From NCBI GenBank assembly GCA_963666125.1, contig OY762633.1:56107-120106 (forward strand): a DNA stretch of 64,000 bases, in the 5' to 3' direction. Below the pieces are notes generated by a model. It was not told the DNA's origin. It saw nothing but the letters and a program-made list of their open reading frames with translations, and ran no database searches. Source of the DNA: Dehalococcoidia bacterium (lineage in GTDB: Bacteria; Chloroflexota; Dehalococcoidia; Lucifugimonadales; CAJWER01). Shown piece after piece: positions 44,349-52,729 of the stretch. A program made the position numbers and the translations under genes. Positions within the stretch are counted from its first letter, which is position 1, and the number at the start of each line of letters is the position of its first letter.

Positions 44349-46531
44349 TGCTGCGGGTCTACGACACGCTCAGCAGGGGCCTGTCCACGATCCGGCCCGC
44401 CGGGGCCGCTCGCGTGGGGATGTACACGTGCGGGCCGACGGTGTACAGGGACGCGCACATCGGCAATCTCCGCTCGTACATGATGGCCGACTGGATCCGC
44501 CGCGTCCTCGAGCTCCAGGGCGTCTCCGTCCGGCACGTGAAGAACATCACGGACGTGGGCCACATGCGCCAGGAGGCCCTGGAGCGGGGAGGGGACAAGG
44601 TCATCGTCGAGGCGCTGGCCAGGGGGATGACCCCGCAGGCCATCGCCAGCCACTACACCGACCGCTTCCTCGACCAGGAGCGCAGGCTGAACATCCTGCC
44701 CGCCCACGTCTACCCGAAGGCCACCGACCACGTCCCGGACATGATCGCGATGGTGGAGGCGCTGGTGAGCAAGGGGCACGCCTACGCGGCCGGCGGCAAC
44801 GTCTACTACGACGTGTCGAGCTTCGAGGGCTACGGCAAGCTCTCCGGCAACACGGGGGAGCAGGCCCTCCAGGACGCCGTACGCATCGACCCGGACCCGC
44901 TCAAGAGGGACCCGCGCGACTTCACCCTGTGGAAGCTCGGCGAGCCGGGGCGCGACCTGGTGTGGGACAGCCCGTGGGGCAGGGGATTCCCGGGCTGGCA
45001 CATCGAGTGCTCGGCGATGTCGATCAGGTACCTGGGCGAGCGGTTCGACATTCACACGGGCGGCGTCGACAACGTGTTCCCGCACCACGAGGGGGAGGTA
45101 GCCCAGAGCGAGGGTTTCGTCGGGGGGCCGGTGGTGACGACGTGGGTCCACGGCCAGCACCTGCTGGCGGACGGCGTGAAGATGGCCAAGTCGGCGGGCA
45201 ACTCGTTCACGCTGTCGGACATCGAGTCCCAGGGGATCGACCCCCTCGCGCTCAGGTACCTGTGCATGACGGCCCGGTACAACACGCGGCTCAACTTCAC
45301 CTTCACGTCCCTGAAGGCGGCGCAGCGGGGCCTGCTCAGGCTGCAGGACCGGGTCTGGGAGTGGGGGCGGCTGCCCGACGCGCCCATCGACGAGGCCGCG
45401 CTGGGCGGCTGGGAGGCCCGGTTCCTGGAGCGGGTCAACGACAACCTGGACCTGCCGGGCGCCCTCGCGCTGACGTGGGACCTGGCCCGATCGGACCTGC
45501 AAGGCCGCGCGAAGCTGGAGGGCGTGCTGCGCTTCGACCGGGTGCTCGGCCTGGGCCTGGCGGACGTGGGTTCCGGCTACGGGGTCGACCAGGAGATTCT
45601 GGGCGCGGTCGAGCATCGGGTCGGCCATCGACGGAGGGGCGAGTACGAGAGCGCGGACGCGCACCGGGAGGAGATCGCGAGCCGTGGATTCGTGCTGCGG
45701 GACGGGGCGGACGCGACCGCGGCCCGGCCCAAGACCGCGTGGGAGGCGCACGAGGAGACGTGGCGCTCGGTATCGTCGTCCGCGGAGGTGGAGTCGCTGA
45801 TCGACGAGCCCGACGAGGTCGACTTCACGGTTGGCATGGTGGCCGGGGACCACGTGGACGATGTGCGGCGCTGCCTGCGCGGCGCTCTGCGATGGGCCGG
45901 GGGCCGCACCGTGGAGGCGATAGTCGTCGACAACGGCTCGACGGGCGAGATGGCCGGATGGCTGGAGGAGGAGGCGGAGCGGGAGCCGCGCCTGAGGGTG
46001 GTGCACACGGACCACGTGCTCGGTGAGGGCGCCGCGCGCAACATTTTGCTCAGGTCGAGCCGGGGCCGGGTGGTCGTGCTGCTCGACACGAGCGCCGAGA
46101 TCACGGGCGACGTGTTCGGGCCCATCGCGGGGATGCTGGACGACCCCGCCGTTGGGGTCGCGGGGCCGTTCGGCCTGAGGAGCACGGACCTGCGCCACTT
46201 CCACGAGTGGGAGGGCGAGGCCGGCGAGATGGACGCGATGCAGGCGTACTGCTTCGCCTTCAGGCGGTCGTGCCTGCGTGAGGTGGGCCTGATGCGCGAG
46301 AGCTTCCGCTTCTACCGCAACCTGGACATAGACTACAGCTTCCACTTCAGGGACAAGGGCTACCGGATCGTGGCCGACCCGGACCTGCCCGTGCGCCTGC
46401 ACGAGCATCGCGCCTGGAGCGCGTTGAGCGAGGATGAGCGGGAGGAGTCGAGCCGCAGGAACTTCACCCGCTTCCTCGACAAGTGGGGCGACAGGCTCGA
46501 CCTGGTCGTCGCCGGCCCCGACGAAGGCTGA
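44348..46531 (+). CDS. cysS: Cysteine--tRNA ligase fused to a C-terminal family-2 glycosyltransferase domain
   Basis: 727 aa. YTCGPTVYRDAHIGNLRS (HIGH-like), KMAKSAGN (KMSKS) and a full CysS anticodon-binding and C-terminal region. From about 45815 there is a GT2-like domain (VVDNGSTGE...LLDTSAE...FAFRR). TGATG overlap with pyk. Confidence 0.8.
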   Translation: MLRVYDTLSRGLSTIRPAGAARVGMYTCGPTVYRDAHIGNLRSYMMADWIRRVLELQGVSVRHVKNITDVGHMRQEALERGGDKVIVEALARGMTPQAIASHYTDRFLDQERRLNILPAHVYPKATDHVPDMIAMVEALVSKGHAYAAGGNVYYDVSSFEGYGKLSGNTGEQALQDAVRIDPDPLKRDPRDFTLWKLGEPGRDLVWDSPWGRGFPGWHIECSAMSIRYLGERFDIHTGGVDNVFPHHEGEVAQSEGFVGGPVVTTWVHGQHLLADGVKMAKSAGNSFTLSDIESQGIDPLALRYLCMTARYNTRLNFTFTSLKAAQRGLLRLQDRVWEWGRLPDAPIDEAALGGWEARFLERVNDNLDLPGALALTWDLARSDLQGRAKLEGVLRFDRVLGLGLADVGSGYGVDQEILGAVEHRVGHRRRGEYESADAHREEIASRGFVLRDGADATAARPKTAWEAHEETWRSVSSSAEVESLIDEPDEVDFTVGMVAGDHVDDVRRCLRGALRWAGGRTVEAIVVDNGSTGEMAGWLEEEAEREPRLRVVHTDHVLGEGAARNILLRSSRGRVVVLLDTSAEITGDVFGPIAGMLDDPAVGVAGPFGLRSTDLRHFHEWEGEAGEMDAMQAYCFAFRRSCLREVGLMRESFRFYRNLDIDYSFHFRDKGYRIVADPDLPVRLHEHRAWSALSEDEREESSRRNFTRFLDKWGDRLDLVVAGPDEG

Positions 46532-46563
46532 TGCGAGACGCCGCACACCCGCATCGTCGAATC

Positions 46564-47640
46564 ATGAGGGCCGCGGCGGTCTACCTCGCGGCCTCCTGCG
46601 TGGCCGTGCTCATGGCGGCGTGCGGCGCGGGCGCAGAGCCGACGCCCACCCCGGTGCCGAGCGTGGACGTGGGGCCCGAGGCCTCCGGGCGGGTTCTCGT
46701 GCTCGCCATGTCTCCCGACTTCGCGTCCGACCGCACCGTGTTCGCGGGTACCGAGCACGCGGGCGTTTTCAGGTCCACCGACGGCGGCGGGACATGGGAG
46801 CAGGTCAACACGGGCATATCCGACGGCAACGTGCCCGCCATCCTGGTCTCGCCGGGCTTCGCGTCAGATCGCACCGTGTTCGCCGGAACGCGGACGCGGG
46901 GGCTGTTCCGCTCCACGGATGGCGGCGAGTCGTGGAGCCGGACGGGCCAGGGGCTGCCGGACGGCAACGTGCCCCACCTGTCGACCGCCTCCGCGCCGGG
47001 CGGGCGGTGGCTGCTGACCGGCTCCAACATAGGCGGCGCGCACGTGTCCCGCGACGGCGGCGAGAGCTGGAGCGGCCTGGGCCTGGGCGATAGCAACGTG
47101 CTGCTCACCGCGCCGTCCCCCGCGTTCGACGCCGACCGGACGGTCTTCGCCGGGTCCGGCAGGGACGGCATGTTCAGGTCCACCGACGGCGGGAATTCGT
47201 GGGAGGCGGTGAACGACGGCCTGGGCGACACCTTCATACTCTCCATCGCGGTGTCGCCGGGCTTTGCAAGTGACCGCACGGTCTTCACCGGCACCAAGTG
47301 GCAGGGGATATACCGCTCCACCGACGGCGGCGACTCCTGGCAGGGGGCCAACAGTGGCGTGCTGAGCAAGAGGACGCTCGCCCTAGCGGTCTCCCCGGCA
47401 TTCGCTGACGACGCGACCCTGTTCTCGGGGACCGTGTCGGGCGGCATCTTCGTCACCAACGACGGCGGCCGGTCCTGGAGGCGGGCGGGATACCAGGGGT
47501 TCAGCGCTATCGACACGCTCGCGGTCTCGCCCGGCTACGCCGCGGACCGGACGGTGCTGGCCGGCTCCGCCGACGGCCTCATCCTGCGCACGACCGACGG
47601 CGGCGAAACGTGGCAGGAGCTCTCGCTCTCGGGCCGCTGA
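46564..47640 (+). CDS. Lipoprotein with BNR/Ycf48-like beta-propeller repeats
   Basis: Signal plus lipobox LMAAC. Repeated units SP.FA.DRTVFAGT...G.FRSTDGG.SW occur about 7 times. An alternative start is at 46531. Confidence 0.7.
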   Translation: MRAAAVYLAASCVAVLMAACGAGAEPTPTPVPSVDVGPEASGRVLVLAMSPDFASDRTVFAGTEHAGVFRSTDGGGTWEQVNTGISDGNVPAILVSPGFASDRTVFAGTRTRGLFRSTDGGESWSRTGQGLPDGNVPHLSTASAPGGRWLLTGSNIGGAHVSRDGGESWSGLGLGDSNVLLTAPSPAFDADRTVFAGSGRDGMFRSTDGGNSWEAVNDGLGDTFILSIAVSPGFASDRTVFTGTKWQGIYRSTDGGDSWQGANSGVLSKRTLALAVSPAFADDATLFSGTVSGGIFVTNDGGRSWRRAGYQGFSAIDTLAVSPGYAADRTVLAGSADGLILRTTDGGETWQELSLSGR

Positions 47641-47691
47641 TTGACGTGCTGGTATAATCGCCGCGCAATCGATTAGGCAGGCAGGAGGGCG

Positions 47692-48462
47692 ATGAGACTA
47701 GAGGGCAAGGTTGCGATGATCACCGGGGCCGCGAACGGCGTGCGTGGGAAGCTGATGGGCTTCGGCGGCGTCTCGGCCTGGCTCTTCGCGCGAGAGGGCG
47801 CCAGGGTGGTGATCACCGACGTCGACGAAGAGGACGGCGAGATCACGGCGCGCCAGATCCGCGAATCGGGCGGCGAGGCGGTGTTCGCCAGGCTCGACGT
47901 GACCAGCGAACAGGAGTGGGCGGACGCCGTGAGGGCCGCGGTGTCGCGCTTCGGGCGGCTCGACATCCTCGTCAACAACGCGGGCACGTCCTCGCGCGAG
48001 ACGGTGGAGGGCACGACCGTCGATATGTGGGACGGCCAGATGGAGGTCCACGCCAAGGGCGCGTTCCTCGGCACCAGGGCGGTGATCCCCGAGATGAGGA
48101 GGACCGGCGGCGGCTCCATCATCAACGTCTCGTCGATCTTCGCGATGATCGGCAGCCCGTCGTCCACGGCCTACCACGCCGCCAAGGGCGCCATTCGCTC
48201 CTTCACCAAGGCCGCCGCGGTCCAGTATGCCGGCGAGGGCATCAGGGTCAACTCGGTCTATCCAGGCTACGTCACCACGCCCATGACCCAGAGGTACTTC
48301 ACCGACGCCGACCTGGTCGCCCGGCGCACCGAGAGCGTGCCCATGAAGCGGTTCGGCACGGCGGAGGAGATCGCCTACGGGATCCTCTACCTGGCGTCCG
48401 ACGAGGCCTCGTACGTGACCGGGGCGGAGCTGGTCATCGACGGCGGGACCACGGCGGTGTAG
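47692..48462 (+). CDS. SDR-family oxidoreductase
   Basis: ITGAANG... Gly-rich region, NNAG and the catalytic YHAAKGA. About 256 aa. An unusual ~10-residue insertion follows TGAANG. Confidence 0.8.
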   Translation: MRLEGKVAMITGAANGVRGKLMGFGGVSAWLFAREGARVVITDVDEEDGEITARQIRESGGEAVFARLDVTSEQEWADAVRAAVSRFGRLDILVNNAGTSSRETVEGTTVDMWDGQMEVHAKGAFLGTRAVIPEMRRTGGGSIINVSSIFAMIGSPSSTAYHAAKGAIRSFTKAAAVQYAGEGIRVNSVYPGYVTTPMTQRYFTDADLVARRTESVPMKRFGTAEEIAYGILYLASDEASYVTGAELVIDGGTTAV

Positions 48463-48471
48463 GGAATAGCC

Positions 48472-49662
48472 ATGGCGATGTTCAGAGAGGAGAGCCCCTT
48501 CACGCCAGGCAGCCCCGTGCCCGTCGAGCTGTTCGTGGGACGCGCCGACCAGATCGAGGAGCTGCGCGGCTACGTGGCCCAGGCCGTCTCGGGGAGACAG
48601 GAGAACATCTTCCTCACCGGCGACCGTGGCATAGGAAAAAGCTCCTTCGCGTCCTTCCTCCGCCACTCGGTGTCGAAAAAGCTGAACGTGCTGGGCATCC
48701 ACGTATTCCTTGGAGGAGCGAATTCCCTGGACGACGTGGTGCGGCACATCCTCGAACAGATCCTGAAGGAGACCAGCGAGCAGTCCTGGTTCGAGAAGAT
48801 ACACGGCCTGTTCGGGCAGTACATCCAGCAGGTTGGCGCATTCGGCATCTCCGTCAAGTTCGCGCCTCCCCCCGGCGACCTGTCGCACCTGGTGACACGC
48901 TTCCCGGAGGCCATAGGCAACATCGTCGGGAGGCTGTCCGAGGAGCGAGACGGCCTCCTCATAATCCTGGACGACATCAACGGCCTCGCCGGCAGGCCCG
49001 AATTCGCCAACTGGTACAAGTCCTTCGTGGACGAGATAGCCACCCACTACCCCCACTATCCCGTCGCCGTCATACTCATCGGCCTTCCCGAAAAGCGCGA
49101 CAGCCTGGCGGCCGCCCAGCCCTCCCTGATGAGGGTATTCCGCATCGTGCACATCGACAGGCTGACGGACGAAGAGGTGGGCGCGTTCCTGGAGCAGGCG
49201 TTCGATAACGCGGGCATCGAAGTGGAGCCCTCGGCGCTTGAAGTCATGGTCAGGCTCGCCAGCGGCCTGCCGATACTCATGCATGAAATCGGCGACGCCG
49301 TCTTCCGGCTGGACGACGACGGCATCATCGCCCTGGATGACGTTGCGGCCGGGATAATCCGCGCCGCCCAGAACGTGGGGGTCAAGTATCTCGACCCGGG
49401 CGTGTACAGGGAGCTGCGAAGTTCGAGATACCTGTCGATCCTGGGAAAGATAGTGGAAGCTCCTGCCGACGTGGAGTTCAGGCGCAGCGAGGTCATGGCG
49501 AGGCTGGACGGAGACGAAAAGAAGGTCTTCGACAACTTGCTGCGCAGGCTCCGCAGCCTGGGCATAATCGAGACCGACCGCCGGGGCACGTACCGGTTCG
49601 TGAACCGGATGTACCCCATCTACATGTACATGGAGTCGTCCGGCCAGGCTCACGCATCATAG
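48472..49662 (+). CDS. AAA/STAND-like ATPase (archaeal-ATPase / ORC-like type) with a C-terminal winged-helix-like domain
   Basis: FVGRADQIEEL..., Walker A GDRGIGKSS and Walker B LLIILDDI. The C-terminal LLRRLRSLGIIE...GTYRFVN is wHTH-like. Confidence 0.65.
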   Translation: MAMFREESPFTPGSPVPVELFVGRADQIEELRGYVAQAVSGRQENIFLTGDRGIGKSSFASFLRHSVSKKLNVLGIHVFLGGANSLDDVVRHILEQILKETSEQSWFEKIHGLFGQYIQQVGAFGISVKFAPPPGDLSHLVTRFPEAIGNIVGRLSEERDGLLIILDDINGLAGRPEFANWYKSFVDEIATHYPHYPVAVILIGLPEKRDSLAAAQPSLMRVFRIVHIDRLTDEEVGAFLEQAFDNAGIEVEPSALEVMVRLASGLPILMHEIGDAVFRLDDDGIIALDDVAAGIIRAAQNVGVKYLDPGVYRELRSSRYLSILGKIVEAPADVEFRRSEVMARLDGDEKKVFDNLLRRLRSLGIIETDRRGTYRFVNRMYPIYMYMESSGQAHAS

Positions 49663-49713
49663 TGGGAAGAGGTTTCACCCTGGAAGGGGGCCGCCCAAGC
49701 GTGGTTGAACTGC

Positions 49714-49747
49714 GGAGCACTGCCCTTCGACAAGCTCAGGGCGAACG
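49714..49747 (+). repeat. Dispersed repeat family A copy
   Basis: ggagcactgcccttcgacaagctcagggcgaacg, between convergent genes. Confidence 0.8.
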
Positions 49748-49767
49748 GAGGGGGACGGGTTAGTGGG

Positions 49768-50679
49768 TTAGCCTGGGCGGAGGCGGCGGAAGATGCGGCG
49801 GAGGTCGCCCTCCTCCCATATCATCAGCACGGGCGTGGCTATGCCTATGGAGCTGTAGGTGCCGACGACCACGCCGATCAGGAGCACCCAGAGGAAGTTC
49901 CGTATGGTCGGGCCGCCGAACAGCAGCAGTGCCAGGAGGGTGAACAGCAGCGTCAGGCTGGTGTTGAGGGACCTGCTCAGGCTCTGGGAGACGCTGATAT
50001 TGGCGTTGACCTTGAGGCTGCGGTTGGGGTAGTTGGCGACGTTCTCCCTGAGCCGGTCGAAGACGACGATGGTGTCGTTGACGCTGTAGCCGATCACGGT
50101 CAGCAGCGCTATGAGGAACATCGTGTTGACCTCGACGTCGAGCAGCACGCCGAGGATGGCGAATACGCCCACGACGACCGCCGTGTCGTGGAGCAGGGCG
50201 ATTATCGCCGCCGCTCCGTACCTGAAGGGGCTCGGCATGTTCCTGAACGCCCACCAGACGTAGAGGAACACGCCCACCGCCGCGGCGAGTATTGCGTAGA
50301 AGGCGTTGACGACCGTCTCGGCGGCCACGACGGGGGACACCAGGTCGAAGGACAGGACCGTCACGCCGTCGGGCGACAGCCTGGCCTGGAGGCTATCGAC
50401 AAGGCTGTCCTTCTCCTCCTCCTGGAGCTCCTTGGTCCGCACGAAGAAGGCGTTGTCGTCCATCCGCTGGACGATGGCGTCCTCGTAGCCCAGGGACGTG
50501 AGCTCGGACCTCAGGTCCCCCTGCTGGACGTTCGCGGCGAACTCAAGCCCCGTGGTCGAGCCGCCGGTGAAGTCGATGCCGGGCTTCAGCCCGCCGCCGA
50601 TTACCAGGAATACGATCCCGGGCGCTATGACGAGCGCCGAGACCAGGAAGAACCATAGCCGCTTGCCTACGAAGTCCAA
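49768..50679 (-). CDS. secF: Protein translocase subunit SecF
   Basis: 303 aa. GIDFTGGS near the N-terminus and the typical 6-TM SecF layout. Downstream of secD. Confidence 0.9.
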   Translation of the reverse strand: MDFVGKRLWFFLVSALVIAPGIVFLVIGGGLKPGIDFTGGSTTGLEFAANVQQGDLRSELTSLGYEDAIVQRMDDNAFFVRTKELQEEEKDSLVDSLQARLSPDGVTVLSFDLVSPVVAAETVVNAFYAILAAAVGVFLYVWWAFRNMPSPFRYGAAAIIALLHDTAVVVGVFAILGVLLDVEVNTMFLIALLTVIGYSVNDTIVVFDRLRENVANYPNRSLKVNANISVSQSLSRSLNTSLTLLFTLLALLLFGGPTIRNFLWVLLIGVVVGTYSSIGIATPVLMIWEEGDLRRIFRRLRPG

Positions 50680-50731
50680 GTCATGTCACCTGTGTTCCGC
50701 TCCCACGCCGGGAGCCATTGTGTATGCTCTC

Positions 50732-52729
50732 CTATTGCGCCTGGGCCGCCTGCTGCCGGGGCAGGTCCGCCGACCCTCCCGGCACGAATACGACCAGCCT
50801 GCGTCCCACGGCCGTCGCGGCCATCAGCCTCAGGAACGTCCGGCTCACTATGATCGCGGTGAACATGCTGATCAGGACGCCGATGGCGAGGGTGATCGCG
50901 AAGCCCTGGACGATGGTCGCTCCCAGGGTGTCGGCGAACCAGAAGAGGATCGCGCACGTGATCAGCGTCGAGACGTTGCCGTCCCTGATGGCGGGCCAGG
51001 CGCGGTTGAAGCCTATGTTGATGGCCGACAGGAGGGTCCGTCCTGCTCGCAGCTCCTCTTTCATCCGCTCGAAGATGAGTATGTTCGCGTCCACCGCCAT
51101 GCCTATCGAGAGGATGACCGCCGCGACTCCCGACAGGGTTAGGGTGACGGGCAGCAGCTTGAAGACGGCCAGCAGGATGGCCGCGTAGATGACGAGGGCC
51201 AGCGCGGCCACCAGCCCCGGCACCCGGTAGTACGTGACCATGAAGGCGAGCACGAGGGCCAAGCCCACGAGTCCGGCGACGACGCTCTTGGCCAGCGAGT
51301 CGGCCCCCAGGATCGCGTCGATGTCGCGCTCCTGAATCAGGGTTATGTCCAACGGCAGCCGCCCGCCTTCGAGCAGGAGGGAGATCTCCTGGACGCGCTC
51401 GAACGAGAAGTCCTGGCCCTCGATGTAGCCGACGCCCCTGGTGATGGGCTGGTTGACCCTGGGAGCTATCAGCTCCTCGTCGTCGAGGAAGATGGCGAGC
51501 AGGTCTCCCGTCCCCGCGATCTCAGTCGTTATCTCGCCGAACTTGCGGGTGCCCTCGGAGTTGAACTCGATGTTCACGATAGGCAGTCCGGAGGTCAGAT
51601 GCTGTCCGGGGTAGGCGCGCGCCAAGTCTTCACCCGTGAGGCCGATGTCCTCGTCCACTGCGCCGTCGAGCTCGGTGAACACGAGGACGGCGTCCTCCGT
51701 GAACCGCTCCATGACGTCTTCGACGGGCAGCGCGGCGTTGCCCAGGACTATCAGGAACTTGTCCGTGTCCGTCACGTTCATAATCAGAGGGGGGCCCGGG
51801 ATGACGAAGAACGTTCCGTCAGGCAGGGGCGTGAGGGGCTGGCCGGAAATCAGGGCCGGCTGGGTGGTCTCCCCTTCGACCGCGATGCCCAGGAAGTCCG
51901 GGTAGACCGCCACGCCGCCCGGCGCGTTGATGAGGCTGAGCTGCAGCCGGTCCATGAGGGCCAGCATCTCCTGCGCCGCGTCCGGCTCCAGCTCCAGCAG
52001 CATCGCGGGGACGGCCGTGCTCTCGTCGACTTCAGGAGTGGGAGTGGCCTCCGCCTCCGGGGTTGCATCGGCTGCGGGAGTCGCGTCCGCCTCCGGGGTC
52101 GCATCGGCGGCCGGCGTGGCATCGGCTGCGGGAGTTGCCTCCGGGTCTGGTGTGGGCTCGGGCACGGGCACAAGGGGAATGGCGGTCCTGGAGTCGCCCG
52201 GCCTGAAGGGCGGAAGCCCCGCCTCGTCCAACGTGCCGTCGGTCAGGATGGTCCCTATCTGGAACGATATGACCGCGTCGCTGGTGAGCCCCGGTATCTC
52301 CTTCTCGACCTCCCGGACCCGGTGCTTGAACACCAGGCTCGCGGTCTCTCCTATCAGGGCCTTCGCCCTGCCGGGATCGCGTATGCCCGGAAGCTGGATG
52401 AGCAGCCGGTCGTCCCCCAGTAGCTGTAGTATGGGCTCGCCCAGGCCGGCGCTGTTCACGCGCCTCTCGATTATGCTGAGGAGCGCGTTCATCTGCTCCT
52501 GGTCCGGCTGTACGGGCTCGCCGGTGATGGGGTTAGTGGGCAGCCTGGACTGGTCCACCTGGTAGACGAGGTGGCTGCCTCCCTGCAGGTCCAAGCCCAG
52601 GGAGAGCCCCAGCAGCGTGTCGCCGCCGCGCTCGAAATTGCCGACGCTGATGGTCTGGAAGCCCAGCCCGAGCCCGGCCACGACCGCGAGAACGACTATG
52701 AATATCAGGGTACCGGCGTATCTACGCAC
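50732..52729 (-). CDS. secD: Protein translocase subunit SecD with an enlarged periplasmic domain containing an Ala/Thr/Pro/Asp repeat
   Basis: LGLDLQGGSHLVYQ motif and a C-terminal 6-TM region similar to SecD. An insertion carries ATPAADATPEADATPAADATPEAEATP. Confidence 0.9.
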   Translation of the reverse strand: MRRYAGTLIFIVVLAVVAGLGLGFQTISVGNFERGGDTLLGLSLGLDLQGGSHLVYQVDQSRLPTNPITGEPVQPDQEQMNALLSIIERRVNSAGLGEPILQLLGDDRLLIQLPGIRDPGRAKALIGETASLVFKHRVREVEKEIPGLTSDAVISFQIGTILTDGTLDEAGLPPFRPGDSRTAIPLVPVPEPTPDPEATPAADATPAADATPEADATPAADATPEAEATPTPEVDESTAVPAMLLELEPDAAQEMLALMDRLQLSLINAPGGVAVYPDFLGIAVEGETTQPALISGQPLTPLPDGTFFVIPGPPLIMNVTDTDKFLIVLGNAALPVEDVMERFTEDAVLVFTELDGAVDEDIGLTGEDLARAYPGQHLTSGLPIVNIEFNSEGTRKFGEITTEIAGTGDLLAIFLDDEELIAPRVNQPITRGVGYIEGQDFSFERVQEISLLLEGGRLPLDITLIQERDIDAILGADSLAKSVVAGLVGLALVLAFMVTYYRVPGLVAALALVIYAAILLAVFKLLPVTLTLSGVAAVILSIGMAVDANILIFERMKEELRAGRTLLSAINIGFNRAWPAIRDGNVSTLITCAILFWFADTLGATIVQGFAITLAIGVLISMFTAIIVSRTFLRLMAATAVGRRLVVFVPGGSADLPRQQAAQAQ

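Noticed and set aside
43994-46546. 850-aa minus-strand ORF. Similar very long ORFs: 57535..60231 (+, 898 aa), 47698..49653 (-, 651 aa), 58196..60088 (-, 630 aa), 26974..28494 (-), 5615..6904 (+), 3618..4718 (-), 24666..25994 (-) and 10499..11929 (-).
   Set aside because: Each lies antisense to, or out of frame with, a gene that has clear family motifs (cysS, acs, SDR/ATPase, gcvPB/MTase, proX, Gfo/Idh/MocA, gcvPA, ABC exporter). Their translations are Arg/Gly/Pro/Ala/His-rich low-complexity sequence, typical of stop-poor alternative frames in high-GC DNA.
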